From: Candidatus Staskawiczbacteria bacterium
GTDB taxonomy: Bacteria > Patescibacteriota > Minisyncoccia > Minisyncoccales > Staskawiczbacteraceae
Reading direction: 5' to 3'
Length of the DNA stretch: 64,000 nucleotides
NCBI GenBank assembly: GCA_963778905.1
Contig: CAVZWH010000014.1
Span: 1,254-65,253 of the forward strand
In this document: piece by piece, positions 1 to 11,032 of the stretch
Position numbering within the stretch: position 1 is the first letter of the stretch
Layout: each line of letters opens with the position of its first letter
The notes under the pieces: generated by a model
What the model was told of the DNA's origin: nothing
Seen by the model: only the letters and a program-made list of their open reading frames with translations
Databases searched by the model: none
Translations under genes and position numbers: made by a program

Positions 1-290
1 GTCTTTTCGCGAAGATAGAAACCGAAGAAAGTTTATTTTTATGGGGATTTATCAGCCTCATAATAGGTCTCGCTATGGTGCTGTCGTATAATGTATGGAC
101 GCAAAGCTGGCAGGTTATTATTACAATTCTTGGCTGGTTGGCTTTATTAAAAGGATTAGCGCTTCTGTTCTTGCCTGAGTATATAAAAAAATGGGCGAAA
201 AAAATGGAAAACGCTCCGTTTTTATCTTATGCATTGATTATTATGGTTTTAATCGGCCTCGTTATCACTTACCTCGGATTTACAGCATAA
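1..290 (+). CDS. 3' end of a small membrane protein gene (5' end outside window)
   Basis: The frame of the listed 75..290 ORF stays open back to position 3 (LFAKIETEESLFLWGFISLIIGLA-MVLSYNVW...). Hydrophobic helices; followed by a hairpin terminator. No family recognised. Confidence 0.4.
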   Translation, partial: LFAKIETEESLFLWGFISLIIGLAMVLSYNVWTQSWQVIITILGWLALLKGLALLFLPEYIKKWAKKMENAPFLSYALIIMVLIGLVITYLGFTA

Positions 291-296
291 TCTAAA

Positions 297-328
297 ACAA
301 AAAAACCGCGCCGTGCGCGGTTTTTTTG
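297..328. terminator. bidirectional rho-independent terminator between convergent genes
   Basis: AAAAACCGCGC-CGT-GCGCGGTTTTT hairpin with an A-run and a T-run, between the + gene ending at 290 and rpoD ending at 331. Confidence 0.65.
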
Positions 329-330
329 TT

Positions 331-1473
331 TTAATAGTAGTCTTTTACTTTTTTTAATTCTTTGTGCTTGCGAAGTTTTTCTAAAGCCTTTGCTTGAATC
401 TGACGAATTCTTTCACGGGTGACGCCAAATTCTTCTCCGGTTTCTTCCAACGTGTGCATCACGCCGTCGTCCAAACCAAACCTCATTCCTAAAATTTTTA
501 ATTCGCGCGGAGTCAACTCGCTGGAAATTTCTTTTAATCTTTCTTTTAATAATTTTCTTGAAGCTTCGGTATTTGGCGCAATTGTTTTGTCATCTCTAAT
601 AAATTCTGCTAAAACACTGTCTTGCTTATCTTTGTCTTCGCCAACCGGAGTTTCCAGCGAAACTGCTTTCTGCGCAATTTTTCTTATATGATGCACTTTT
701 TCCACATCCAAGCCCATTTCAGCTGCAATTTCTTCAGCCAAGGGTTCTCTTCCCAATTCCTGCAAAAGATTTTTTCTGATTTTTGTATACTTTGAAATTG
801 TTTCAATCATGTGCACAGGAATTCTGATGGTCCTTGCCTGGTCGGCCAAAGCTCTTGTAATTGATTGTCTAATCCACCAAGTTGCATAAGTTGAAAACTT
901 ATATCCTTTTCTCCAGTCAAACTTTTTTACTGCCTTAAATAATCCTAAATTTCCCTCCTGGATTAAATCAAGCAAAGTTAAGTTTGGCGACCTGCCCACA
1001 TATTTTTTTGCGATGGAAACCACCAACCTTAAATTTGCCAAAGCTAATCTGTTTTTTGCTTCTTCGTCGCCAACTTCAATTCTTTTGGCTAATTCTTTTT
1101 CCTCTTTTGCTGTCAAAAAACTGGACTTGCCGATTTCTTTCAAGTACATTTGTATAGGGTCAATTTTTCCAATAAGCGCTTTTCTGCCTTTCTTTTCTTT
1201 GGGGTGCCCTTTGGGTCTTTTTGTTTCCAAAAATTCCTGCACTTCCTTTATCAAAATGCCTCTCTCCTTAAAATCATCATAAATTTTTTCCAATCCGCCA
1301 ATGTCCCTTTCAATTTTTGGAAAAGCATACAAAATTTCTGACGTCGTAACAAAACCACGTTCTTGGCCTTTTTTCAAAAGTGTTTCTAACTGGGTTTGAT
1401 CTATGACAGATTTTTTGTTGACCCTTTTTGCTCTATAGGATTTTTTTTTTGAAACTTTTTTAACTTTTTTCAT
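331..1473 (-). CDS. rpoD: RNA polymerase sigma factor, sigma-70 (RpoD) family
   Basis: 380 aa with conserved region 2-4 sequence ([64 protein letters not shown]). Lies downstream of dnaG as in the classical operon. Confidence 0.93.
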   Translation of the reverse strand: MKKVKKVSKKKSYRAKRVNKKSVIDQTQLETLLKKGQERGFVTTSEILYAFPKIERDIGGLEKIYDDFKERGILIKEVQEFLETKRPKGHPKEKKGRKALIGKIDPIQMYLKEIGKSSFLTAKEEKELAKRIEVGDEEAKNRLALANLRLVVSIAKKYVGRSPNLTLLDLIQEGNLGLFKAVKKFDWRKGYKFSTYATWWIRQSITRALADQARTIRIPVHMIETISKYTKIRKNLLQELGREPLAEEIAAEMGLDVEKVHHIRKIAQKAVSLETPVGEDKDKQDSVLAEFIRDDKTIAPNTEASRKLLKERLKEISSELTPRELKILGMRFGLDDGVMHTLEETGEEFGVTRERIRQIQAKALEKLRKHKELKKVKDYY

Positions 1474-1477
1474 ATAA

Positions 1478-3235
1478 TTATGCTATTTTGTTGAATTCGC
1501 CAATCAAAATATTTACCTTTTCAAAATCTTTTTCTTGCTCTGCTTTTTTAAGCTCTTGTGAAATTTTTGAACGCCTTTCTCTTATGTTTATATCCTTTAA
1601 TTCCGAGAGGCAAAGTAAAATTTCATCCGATCCGTCTTCCTGAAAATCCACCTCTGCTCTTAAAAAAAGCGTATTCAAAAAATCCTTATATTCTTCTTTT
1701 TGTGAAAAATCGGCAAAAGATGTTTTTAAGTCAATCCCCTCCTCCGGTTTTATTTTTTTTACACTTTCTATAAAATTTTTGGTTTTTTCGCAGAATAAAT
1801 TATGGTGCGGCTCTTCAATCAAATTTAAATTTTCCGGATCCTTAAACACCAATGAAATAATTTTATCTTCCAAAAGTTTTTTTCTGCCCTCTGCTGTAAG
1901 ATTATTAATTTTTACAACATTTGTCTCCTGCCGAGGTTGATTTATATTTTCTAATCTTACATTTTTTAATTCATCTAAAACAGCTTCTTCTTTCACTCCC
2001 AACTTCTCTGACAATTTTTGAACCCAATAAGACTGCTCTATTTTATTCTGCAATCTTTTTATTGCAGGCAGAATAATTTTTCCGATATCTTTTTTCCCTC
2101 CCGGATTTTTGCTGTCAAACTTTGCAAAAGCAGAATCAAAATAAAAATCCATTATTGTTCTTGCATTTTTCACCGATTCTTCCCAATTTTGCGGATTTTC
2201 TAAAATAATTTCTGCAGGATCTTTTGCTCCAGAATAAGTATCAATAATTTTAATATTAAACGCCTGTGATTCAGCTAAATTAATTCCTCTTTTTGTTGCG
2301 GTATCTCCAGCTAAATCCATATCAAAAGCCAAAAGCAAATTATCAGAATATCTTTTCAAAAGATTCAAATGCCTGCCAGTCAGCGCAGTTCCAGAAACAG
2401 CCACAGTATTTTCAAAACCCGCCTGATGGCACATTATGGCGTCTGTATATCCTTCTGTCAAAACGCACTGATTTTTTTTTCTTACAGATAATTTTGCAAA
2501 ATTTATTCCATAAAGAACATTGCTTTTGTCATACAACATTGTTTGGGGGGTATTTATATATTTTGCTGTTTCTTTTTTGTCGGCCTCCTTAAAAATTCTG
2601 GCGCCAAATCCAATTATCTGCGAATTCAAATCAAAAATTGGAAAAATAATTCTGCCGCGAAATCTGTCATATGGATTATTCCCTTTGTCTGATTGCACTG
2701 CCAATCCTGCTTTTACAATTTCTTCCCTTGTGTATCCTCTGCCGACAAGAAAATCCGACAAACCCTGCCATGTGTCCGGCGAATAGCCCAGTCTCCATTT
2801 TTTAATTGTTTCTTCTTTAATTCCTCTTTTTAATAGATATTCTTTTGCCTCTTTTCCAACTGCGCTGTTTCCCAATTGTTTTTCAAAAAAAGAAGCAGAC
2901 AGGTCGCAAATTTCATACAATTTTTTTCTCTCGCTTACAATCTGCGGATTTTCTCTTTTTAGTTCAACGCCGGCTTTGGCCGCCAAAATTCTCAATGCAT
3001 CTCCAAATTCCACTCCTTCAATTTTCATTATAAAATCAAAAATTGAACTGCCGGCTCCGCATCCAAAACAATGCCACATTTGCCTTGCAGGACTTACAAA
3101 AAAAGACGGCCCTTTTTCAGAATGAAACGGACAAACGCCACGATAGTTTACTCCGGTTTTAGAAAGCTTGACATAACTGCCTACAACATCCACGATGTTA
3201 AGCTTATTTTTGATTTCTTCAATCTGCGAGTCCAT
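1478..3235 (-). CDS. dnaG: DNA primase
   Basis: 585 aa. N-terminal zinc ribbon ([26 protein letters not shown]) and TOPRIM region ([26 protein letters not shown]). Confidence 0.93.
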   Translation of the reverse strand: MDSQIEEIKNKLNIVDVVGSYVKLSKTGVNYRGVCPFHSEKGPSFFVSPARQMWHCFGCGAGSSIFDFIMKIEGVEFGDALRILAAKAGVELKRENPQIVSERKKLYEICDLSASFFEKQLGNSAVGKEAKEYLLKRGIKEETIKKWRLGYSPDTWQGLSDFLVGRGYTREEIVKAGLAVQSDKGNNPYDRFRGRIIFPIFDLNSQIIGFGARIFKEADKKETAKYINTPQTMLYDKSNVLYGINFAKLSVRKKNQCVLTEGYTDAIMCHQAGFENTVAVSGTALTGRHLNLLKRYSDNLLLAFDMDLAGDTATKRGINLAESQAFNIKIIDTYSGAKDPAEIILENPQNWEESVKNARTIMDFYFDSAFAKFDSKNPGGKKDIGKIILPAIKRLQNKIEQSYWVQKLSEKLGVKEEAVLDELKNVRLENINQPRQETNVVKINNLTAEGRKKLLEDKIISLVFKDPENLNLIEEPHHNLFCEKTKNFIESVKKIKPEEGIDLKTSFADFSQKEEYKDFLNTLFLRAEVDFQEDGSDEILLCLSELKDINIRERRSKISQELKKAEQEKDFEKVNILIGEFNKIA

Positions 3236-3241
3236 TGCGAT

Positions 3242-3565
3242 TTATATTATTGCATCTCCACTCAACAAATGCAAATGTAAATGGTCAACAAGCTGACCGC
3301 CTTCTCTGCCCACATTTATAACCAATTTATATCCTGCCAAATTTTTATCTTTTGCAATTTTTTGAGCTGCCAAAAACATTTCTCCAATTAATTCTTTATC
3401 AATCAACTCCAAATGTTTTATTGATTCAATGTGTTTTTTAGAAACAATCAAAATATGCACTTTTGCCTTTGGATTAATGTCGGCAAAAGCAATCAGACTT
3501 TCAGTCTCAAAAACTTTTGCAGACGAAATTTCGCCTTTTATAATTTTGCAAAAAATGCAGTCCAT
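3242..3565 (-). CDS. HIT (histidine triad) family protein
   Basis: 107 aa; CIFCKII N-terminus and the HLHLHLL histidine triad motif. Confidence 0.85.
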   Translation of the reverse strand: MDCIFCKIIKGEISSAKVFETESLIAFADINPKAKVHILIVSKKHIESIKHLELIDKELIGEMFLAAQKIAKDKNLAGYKLVINVGREGGQLVDHLHLHLLSGDAII

Positions 3566-4323
3566 TATTTCACCTGGTAAGTTAAATTAATTGTTACATC
3601 TATTTCCTGCTGGCCCGGCTGAACCGTGGGGGCAACGGATGAAACAGCAGCTCCGCCGCCCAATTTCATCGCAGAATTATACACAACAGGAGAAGGGTTT
3701 TCATTATTTTCGTAAACATTAATTATTTTTCCTAAATTTACGCCAGATTCTTTTGCTAAATTTTGAGCATCGGCTTTTGCCTGCGCAATTGCTTTTGCCC
3801 TTGCCTGCTCTTGAAACTGCTCTGGGTTGTCAATTGTAAACTGCAAATCGCCGACTAAATTGGCTCCCTTTATTGTTGCCTGCGACAAAACATCTCCAAT
3901 CTTTGTAAAATCTCTTATTTTTACCTGCACATCCTGCTCCAATGTATAACCTTGAAAAACATTGCCCATTTTTTCTGTATAATTGTAGCTCGGAGACAAA
4001 TTATAATTTGTTGTCTGAATATCTTTATCATCAATCTTCAAATTTTTTATCGCATCTATCACCGCGTTCATTTCCTCTGTGTTGCTTTTTGTCACATCGG
4101 CAACTGTTGAACCTTGGGTTGTAACTCCCAAACTAACAATAGCCACATCCGGCTTTGCGTAAACCTTTCCTTCGCCGGAAACCGTAATTTGATTTTGGTT
4201 TTGCTGACTAATTGTCTGCTGCTGCAAAATTATTTCACCAACCAAAAATACTAAAACTCCCACAACCAAAATCGCCGAGAGCGTAAATGTTTTATTCAAA
4301 AATTTTATTGTTTCTTGCTCCAT
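3565..4323 (-). CDS. SIMPL/DUF541-family periplasmic protein
   Basis: 252 aa; N-terminal TM helix and typical SIMPL strings (ITVSGEGKVYAKPDVAIVSLGV, IQTTNYNLSPSYNY, AKAIAQAKADAQNLA). Confidence 0.7.
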   Translation of the reverse strand: MEQETIKFLNKTFTLSAILVVGVLVFLVGEIILQQQTISQQNQNQITVSGEGKVYAKPDVAIVSLGVTTQGSTVADVTKSNTEEMNAVIDAIKNLKIDDKDIQTTNYNLSPSYNYTEKMGNVFQGYTLEQDVQVKIRDFTKIGDVLSQATIKGANLVGDLQFTIDNPEQFQEQARAKAIAQAKADAQNLAKESGVNLGKIINVYENNENPSPVVYNSAMKLGGGAAVSSVAPTVQPGQQEIDVTINLTYQVK

Positions 4324-4428
4324 ATTTTTTTTAATTTAATAATATTTTTCGTCTGCGGGACATCGCAGACAATTGTTAGAACCATTATCCAGCAATCCAC
4401 TGAATATATTTATTTTTCTTTTGTATTT

Positions 4429-4584
4429 TTATTTGAATGCAAAAGACATCAATACGATAGTTAAAGCATTAAGAATCACCAATATTGACGCTGTTTGCCA
4501 TTTCGTTGGAAGGGGGTTCATCAAAATATAAACCGTGTAGATTATTGCAACAATCGCCGCGCCAATAAAATTTCCTTTTACCAT
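4429..4584 (-). CDS. possible small membrane protein (51 aa, below the ORF-track cutoff)
   Basis: Hand translation gives ATG..TAA encoding MVKGNFIGAAIVAIIYTVYILMNPLPTKWQTASILVILNALTIVLMSFAFK, with two hydrophobic helices. No homology recognised. Confidence 0.3.
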   Translation of the reverse strand: MVKGNFIGAAIVAIIYTVYILMNPLPTKWQTASILVILNALTIVLMSFAFK

Positions 4585-4807
4585 ATTTTTATAATTAGGT
4601 TAATTAAATATCTTGACCTTTAATGAATTATAACATTTTTTTATTTGCCCCTAAAAGGCGATACTGGTACTTACTCGTTTATACCCAGTTTATCACTTGA
4701 AACCGCAAAAATCAATTAACCCAACCCTTCAACTCACTATTGTTTTCAAACAAAAAGCCCCATTCAACAAATCGGGCTTTTTGTATTTGCACTAATGCGA
4801 AATGTTT

Positions 4808-5230
4808 TTATAAATTATCTGCTGTTGTGCTTTCTCCTGTTGCAGGAGCTTTGCACGCCTTCCTTGCAGTTGAAAATGCAGACCAAGCAGATTTTACAGC
4901 ACTATTGTATGTCTGTCTTGCTGTTTTTTTGGCTTGATTGAAAGTTGACCAAGCGGTTTTAATGTCTTGGTTTCTTGTCTTGGCAGTTGATACGCCCCAA
5001 GCAGTTGCCAACGCAGATGACCTCGCTGTAAATGCGGCAGTCATTGAAGTTGAGAATGTGCTGAAAGCTGTCTGTATGGCAGTTTCTCTAGTAGATACTG
5101 CGGCGGCAACACAAGTCAACATAGTTGATTGTGTGTTTGTTGTTGTGCCACCTGTTGTTTGGGCAACAACTACCAAACCAACGGCTAATGAGGAAACTAT
5201 TAAAGCTGATACAATTATTTTTTTAACCAT
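4808..5230 (-). CDS. secreted Ala/Thr/Ser-rich hypothetical protein
   Basis: 140 aa; signal-like N-terminus (MVKKIIVSALIVSSLAVGLVVVAQ); reiterated AW.xF..A.K motifs; a hairpin plus T-run lies downstream at about 4752-4786. GC is higher than the flanks. Confidence 0.5.
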   Translation of the reverse strand: MVKKIIVSALIVSSLAVGLVVVAQTTGGTTTNTQSTMLTCVAAAVSTRETAIQTAFSTFSTSMTAAFTARSSALATAWGVSTAKTRNQDIKTAWSTFNQAKKTARQTYNSAVKSAWSAFSTARKACKAPATGESTTADNL

Positions 5231-5348
5231 ATTTGCATTTTTTTTATTTTTGTATTAACGACCTTTTACAATTTTTATTATACTCATTTTAAAATTAAAA
5301 ACCACTCTGTTAAGAATGGCTTTTAATACTTTAGTCTCTTTTGGTTTA

Positions 5349-5741
5349 TTACTTTCCCCCGCAATTGGCGTTAGTAGAACACTGGTTCGCTCCTGCGCCA
5401 TTTATAATCACGCATGATCTATTCATACATTGTGTATGGGTCGGTATACAATTGCGATCAGTAGAACACTGACTTGCTCCCACACCGCTTACAGTTATAC
5501 ATTTCTGATTGACGCACGAAGTATGAGTGGCACAACTATTAGGATCGGTAAAAGAACATTGGTTCGCTCCTGCGCCATTTACAGACAAACATCTTTGGTT
5601 GACGCATTGTGTGTGAGTTACTATTGGCGCTGCGGAAAGACCCGCGGGGCCAAGATTTTTGGCATTCTTCAGCATCAATACCCCTACTACAACGACTAAA
5701 ATTATTATTACCACAATGGTTATTATTACGGACTTTTTCAT
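5349..5741 (-). CDS. secreted Cys-rich protein with three roughly 30-aa tandem repeats
   Basis: 130 aa; N-terminal TM/signal, then THTQCVNQRCLSVNGAGANQCSFTDPNSCA / THTSCVNQKCITVSGVGASQCSTDRNCIP / THTQCMNRSCVIINGAGANQCSTNANCGGK. Confidence 0.55.
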   Translation of the reverse strand: MKKSVIITIVVIIILVVVVGVLMLKNAKNLGPAGLSAAPIVTHTQCVNQRCLSVNGAGANQCSFTDPNSCATHTSCVNQKCITVSGVGASQCSTDRNCIPTHTQCMNRSCVIINGAGANQCSTNANCGGK

Positions 5742-5773
5742 AATATTTTTATTTTAATGATATTTATTTATAG

Positions 5774-6130
5774 TTAACCAAAAACTACCTCGGATGGAAA
5801 ACGACGCGGGGGTTGGAAAAAATCATTAAAATATTTTTTAGATATCAACCGATTAAAAATTGTATAATATCTATTTTCAACGCCGCAAATAAAACCGCCG
5901 TTCTTTCTAGCTAACATATCTACTTTAGGGTCTTTGAGTTTAGGTTCTTTGGGTTTTTTATTCTTGGCAACGCTCTTGGTCGCATTTTTCCCACCTGCGG
6001 TAATATTTATCACCCGGATATTGTATGTTATACTTTTTACCGCAAAATATTTATACGTAAAGAGCCCGCCAAATAAAACAACAACGGACATTAGAATAAT
6101 GATTATGCCGACTAGTATTGATTTTTCCAC
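5774..6130 (-). CDS. hypothetical membrane-anchored protein
   Basis: 118 aa with an N-terminal TM helix and a Lys-rich linker. No family recognised. Confidence 0.4.
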   Translation of the reverse strand: MEKSILVGIIIILMSVVVLFGGLFTYKYFAVKSITYNIRVINITAGGKNATKSVAKNKKPKEPKLKDPKVDMLARKNGGFICGVENRYYTIFNRLISKKYFNDFFQPPRRFPSEVVFG

Positions 6131-6177
6131 GGGTTTTTATCTATTATCTTATTTTACCAAGAAACCGCCCCAATTAA

Positions 6178-6386
6178 AAGGTGCTATCAATGCCCGTTTT
6201 CTTTCTTTTATTCACACCCATAAATTGAGTTCAAATATTCTCGTTAAAGATAACGAAGTAAATATCCGACAGTATGCAAAATACCTTCTTAAGGAAGGCA
6301 GCACATCTGACAAGCGGGAACTGCTCGGAAATCTAAGAAGCCGACTCAGCTACAAAGACAAAAAGATTACGATGATTGCGGAGTAG
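6178..6386 (+). pseudogene. probable C-terminal remnant of a serine-recombinase-type integrase
   Basis: The tail of ORF 5934..6386 (...NIRQYAKYLLKEGSTSDKRELLGNLRSRLSYKDKKITMIAE) resembles, from memory, the C-terminal ends of recombinase-family proteins. No catalytic domain is present; it sits next to a tRNA and is followed by a terminator. Confidence 0.35.
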
Positions 6387-6397
6387 TAAACAAAAAA

Positions 6398-6434
6398 AAT
6401 AACAGGACGAAATTATCGCTCTGTTATTTTTTTT
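6398..6434 (+). terminator. rho-independent terminator
   Basis: AATAACAG...CTGTTATT stem followed by a T-run. Confidence 0.5.
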
Positions 6435-6514
6435 GTTTTCAATTTCTTTTTAGGCATTCGGGTCGCAAATAGTACTCAACTATTCGGGAACACACCGATA
6501 GTAAGTTGTCAATG

Positions 6515-6598
6515 CGGAGGAGGTGGGACTCGAACCCACGAGACCCTTTCGGGTCACGGCTTTCCAAGCCGTTGCAATGGCCGCTATGCGACTCCTCC
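6515..6598 (-). tRNA. tRNA-Ser (anticodon GGA)
   Basis: Reverse complement reads GGAGGAGTCGCATAGCGGCC...ACGGC-TTGGAAA-GCCGT with a long variable arm (GACCCGAAAGGGTC), T arm GTGGGTTCGAGTCCCAC and acceptor CTCCTCC-G. CCA is not encoded. Confidence 0.9.
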
Positions 6599-6605
6599 AG
6601 CCAAA

Positions 6606-6887
6606 CTAGTGCGTCGTTTTAGTTTTGTTTTTTACTGGTTTTTCAACCTCTTTTGTCAGCCCAGTAATTATATTTTCTCTTATTACTCCCAACTTATGAT
6701 GCGAAACAATATTTTTTTTACTATAATATAATTCGTCAATCTTATATTTTAATCCGGCTATTGTTAATCCGCCAGCTAAATTATTTGCAAAAACTTCGTC
6801 TAAATATGCTCTTTCCTTTGAAGAAATACCAAGAGTTTTTTTTACAATCTTATCAAATTCACGTTTATAAATTCTGTCTTTGGTCAT
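6606..6887 (-). CDS. hypothetical protein
   Basis: 93 aa; 4-nt overlap with the htpX stop suggests co-transcription. No family recognised. Confidence 0.5.
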   Translation of the reverse strand: MTKDRIYKREFDKIVKKTLGISSKERAYLDEVFANNLAGGLTIAGLKYKIDELYYSKKNIVSHHKLGVIRENIITGLTKEVEKPVKNKTKTTH

Positions 6888-7786
6888 ACTTCCATATCTC
6901 TTAATGCTTTTATTCTTTCTTCAATTGGCGGATGGGTGGAAAATAATTTTGTAAACCAATGAGTTTTTTGCTGGCCTTTGTATGGCGAATCAATAAATAA
7001 AGAACTGGCTGCGTCGTTTGTAATTTTCATTGGAGTTTGGTCTGAAGAAATTTTTTCTAACGCGCGAGCCAAACCTTCAGGATATCTTGTAAGCAAAGCG
7101 CCGTCAGCATCTGCCAAAAATTCTCTTTTTCTTGAAATTGCAAGCTGAACTAATGTTGCGGCAATCGGAGCTAAAATGGCGGCAAAAATTCCAACAATGG
7201 CCAAAATTGCTCCGGCTTCGCCGTCGTTTCTGCCTCTTCTTTGACCGCCAAAAAAACTAATTCTTAAAAAGAAATTTGCAAGTATCGCAATAACTCCTGC
7301 CAAAACCGCAACAACCGTGGACAACAACATATCTTTATTTCCAATGTGTGAAAGTTCGTGAGCCAAAACTCCCTGCAATTCCGTTTTGTCTAATCTGTTC
7401 AAAAGTCCTTGTGTCACACAAACTACTGCATGATTTTTGTCTCTGCCGGTTGCAAAAGCATTTGGCTGCATGTCCGGAGTGATATAAATTTTTGGAAAGG
7501 GCAAACCGGCTGTGATGCAAAGATTTTCAACAACTCTGTAAAGTTCCGGATTATCTTTTTTTTCTATAGCCTCTGCTTTGTACATTTTCAAAACAATTTT
7601 ATCTGACCACCAATAACTTCCGAAAGACATAAAAACGCTCAGAAATACGGCGATATATAAAATTATGTCGCTGTTTAAGAGATAAGAAAAAAGCCAGCCT
7701 AAAGCTATGATAAAGACCAAAAACCCAGTTAATAAAAACCAGGTTTTTCTAGTGTTTGAATCTGCTTGCGTATAAATGCTAGCCAT
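6884..7786 (-). CDS. htpX: M48-family zinc metalloprotease HtpX
   Basis: 300 aa; HELSHI zinc motif and multiple TM helices; adjacent lemA, a typical pairing. Confidence 0.9.
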   Translation of the reverse strand: MASIYTQADSNTRKTWFLLTGFLVFIIALGWLFSYLLNSDIILYIAVFLSVFMSFGSYWWSDKIVLKMYKAEAIEKKDNPELYRVVENLCITAGLPFPKIYITPDMQPNAFATGRDKNHAVVCVTQGLLNRLDKTELQGVLAHELSHIGNKDMLLSTVVAVLAGVIAILANFFLRISFFGGQRRGRNDGEAGAILAIVGIFAAILAPIAATLVQLAISRKREFLADADGALLTRYPEGLARALEKISSDQTPMKITNDAASSLFIDSPYKGQQKTHWFTKLFSTHPPIEERIKALRDMEV

Positions 7787-7791
7787 AAAAA

Positions 7792-8373
7792 TTAAAACTT
7801 TACTGCAACTGGTTGTTTTTCTGCATCGTTTGCTGTTTGAAACAATTCCATTTCTGTAAATCCAAATGATTTTGCAATTAAATTTGCGGGAAAACTTTCA
7901 ATTTTAATATTAAGATCCCTGACATTTGTGTTGTAAAATCTGCGGGCTGCCTGAATTTTGTCTTCTGTGTCGGTAAGTTCATTTTGCAAATCCAAAAAGT
8001 TTTGCGAAGCTTTTAAGTCAGGATAATTTTCAGCTACGGCAAACAAACTTTTTAAGGTGCCCGAAAGCGCGTTTTCAGCTTTTTCTTTGGCTCCTGTTCC
8101 TTGAGCATTCATTGCGTTAGCTCTTGCTTGCGTAACTTTTTCAAAAACTCCGCTTTCGTGAGAGGCATATCCTTTTACGGTCTCAACTAAATTTGGAATC
8201 AAATCATATCTTCTTTTTGTCTGAACACCAATATCCGACAAGGCTTCCTTTGCCCTATTTTTTAACGTAACTAAGCCATTAAAAGCAGCTATTATCCATA
8301 AAATAACAACTACTACAACTGCTAAAATAATCCACAATATTATTGGCATAATTCTATTTTGGCAAACTATCAA
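7792..8373 (-). CDS. lemA: LemA family protein
   Basis: 193 aa; N-terminal TM plus LemA strings (RRYDLIPNLVETVKGYASHE, ARRFYNTNVRDLN). Confidence 0.88.
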   Translation of the reverse strand: MIVCQNRIMPIILWIILAVVVVVILWIIAAFNGLVTLKNRAKEALSDIGVQTKRRYDLIPNLVETVKGYASHESGVFEKVTQARANAMNAQGTGAKEKAENALSGTLKSLFAVAENYPDLKASQNFLDLQNELTDTEDKIQAARRFYNTNVRDLNIKIESFPANLIAKSFGFTEMELFQTANDAEKQPVAVKF

Positions 8374-8899
8374 TCAAATCCTCTAAATAAGGATGTTGTA
8401 TGATAAATTTGTAATTAAATAATTTTATAAGTGTAAAAAAATCTTCCAGCTCTTCTCTAAATGTCTCGGGTCCAGAAAAAACCTCCCACAATTGTACTAC
8501 GATATTTTTTGTGTAATGGTGCAAAATTTCATAGTCAGATTTTTGCTTCAAATAATTTATTATTTGCTTAAATTCTCCCCTGTCTAACCAAATGCCCTGG
8601 CACATTTTGCAAAAATCAACTTTGGTTTTTGACTCGTCATATTTTATTTCCATCAATCCAGCTCGGCAAACAGGACAATGTTTGTCGCTTCGTGAAACTT
8701 TGAATTTTGATTTATCTCTCCACAAATCAATATCTAACCAATTCAAATTTTTATCTTTATCATCTTTTGCTTGTCTCAATTCATCTTTGTCAAACCAAAT
8801 GCCCAAACACTTCGGACAATAATCAACTTCCACATTATGAAACAAAGCTCTTTCTAATTGTTCATTATCATTGGGGCAATTCATATTATTATAATACAT
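8354..8899 (-). CDS. double zinc-ribbon (zf-TFIIB-like) protein
   Basis: 181 aa; two CP..C...C.xCxGxW[FL]D modules (CPNDNEQL..CPKCLGIWFDKDEL; CPVCRAGL..CKMCQGIWLDRGEF). Confidence 0.6.
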   Translation of the reverse strand: MYYNNMNCPNDNEQLERALFHNVEVDYCPKCLGIWFDKDELRQAKDDKDKNLNWLDIDLWRDKSKFKVSRSDKHCPVCRAGLMEIKYDESKTKVDFCKMCQGIWLDRGEFKQIINYLKQKSDYEILHHYTKNIVVQLWEVFSGPETFREELEDFFTLIKLFNYKFIIQHPYLEDLIDSLPK

Positions 8900-8961
8900 A
8901 AAAATACCAATTTATGCAAATAAAAAAGCTCCGCGACACATGCAGAGCAACCAAATTGTTT

Positions 8962-9240
8962 TCAACCGCCTTCTTTGGCGAGAGATCTGTTGTGGGCTAG
9001 AGACCTCCTTTGACCCAGGTCGTCGTAATATCTTTTCAGTTCTTTTTCGTCCATTACCATCATGGCTTCTATATCCGTGTTCAAAGACGGATGAAATTCA
9101 TTTTTTCTCACAAAGAGCTGATACCACCAAAGTTTCAGGCGCTTGTTCCAGATTCTCCGCCGGATGTTTTTCAAACTTTCCGAAAGATCGTAACGAAAAT
9201 ACAAATACAATTCATGCTTAAATTTTTCCCATTTTGTCAT
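8962..9240 (-). CDS. hypothetical helical protein
   Basis: The minus-strand frame reads like a real protein from MTKWEKFKHELYLYF...; the two overlapping + ORFs look like noise. Start moved to the internal Met. Confidence 0.4.
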   Translation of the reverse strand: MTKWEKFKHELYLYFRYDLSESLKNIRRRIWNKRLKLWWYQLFVRKNEFHPSLNTDIEAMMVMDEKELKRYYDDLGQRRSLAHNRSLAKEGG

Positions 9241-9305
9241 GAAAACTCTCCTTGCTTTGGGGTTAACGAGACGAAAGGATACCAACTTTATTTAATTTCT
9301 ATTTT

Positions 9306-10943
<1,638 letters not shown>

Positions 10944-10951
10944 TTATTAAA

Positions 10952-11032
10952 GCGAGGCAAATAAATTTTTGCAGCCTCCGCAGTGCCGCGAAGCGGACAC
11001 GAGGACTAGCAAAAAAATTTATTTGCCGAGCG
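10952..11032. repeat. long imperfect palindromic element filling the groES-groEL intercistronic gap
   Basis: GGCAAATAAATTTTTGC (10956-10972) pairs with GCAAAAAAATTTATTTGCC (11009-11027). The GC-rich inner hairpins include CCGCGAAGCGG. The spacer is 101 nt. Confidence 0.55.

Noticed and set aside
4350-4372. GTCTGCG-(6 nt)-CGCAGAC hairpin between the SIMPL gene and the 51-aa ORF, considered as a terminator or riboswitch piece.
   Set aside because: The stem is short, there is no T-run on either strand, and I recognise no conserved riboswitch motif.
5934-6177. The 5' half of + ORF 5934..6386.
   Set aside because: It is antisense to the 5774..6130 ORF and is hydrophobic noise. Only the last ~70 codons look recombinase-like, so I called a remnant instead of a 150-aa gene.
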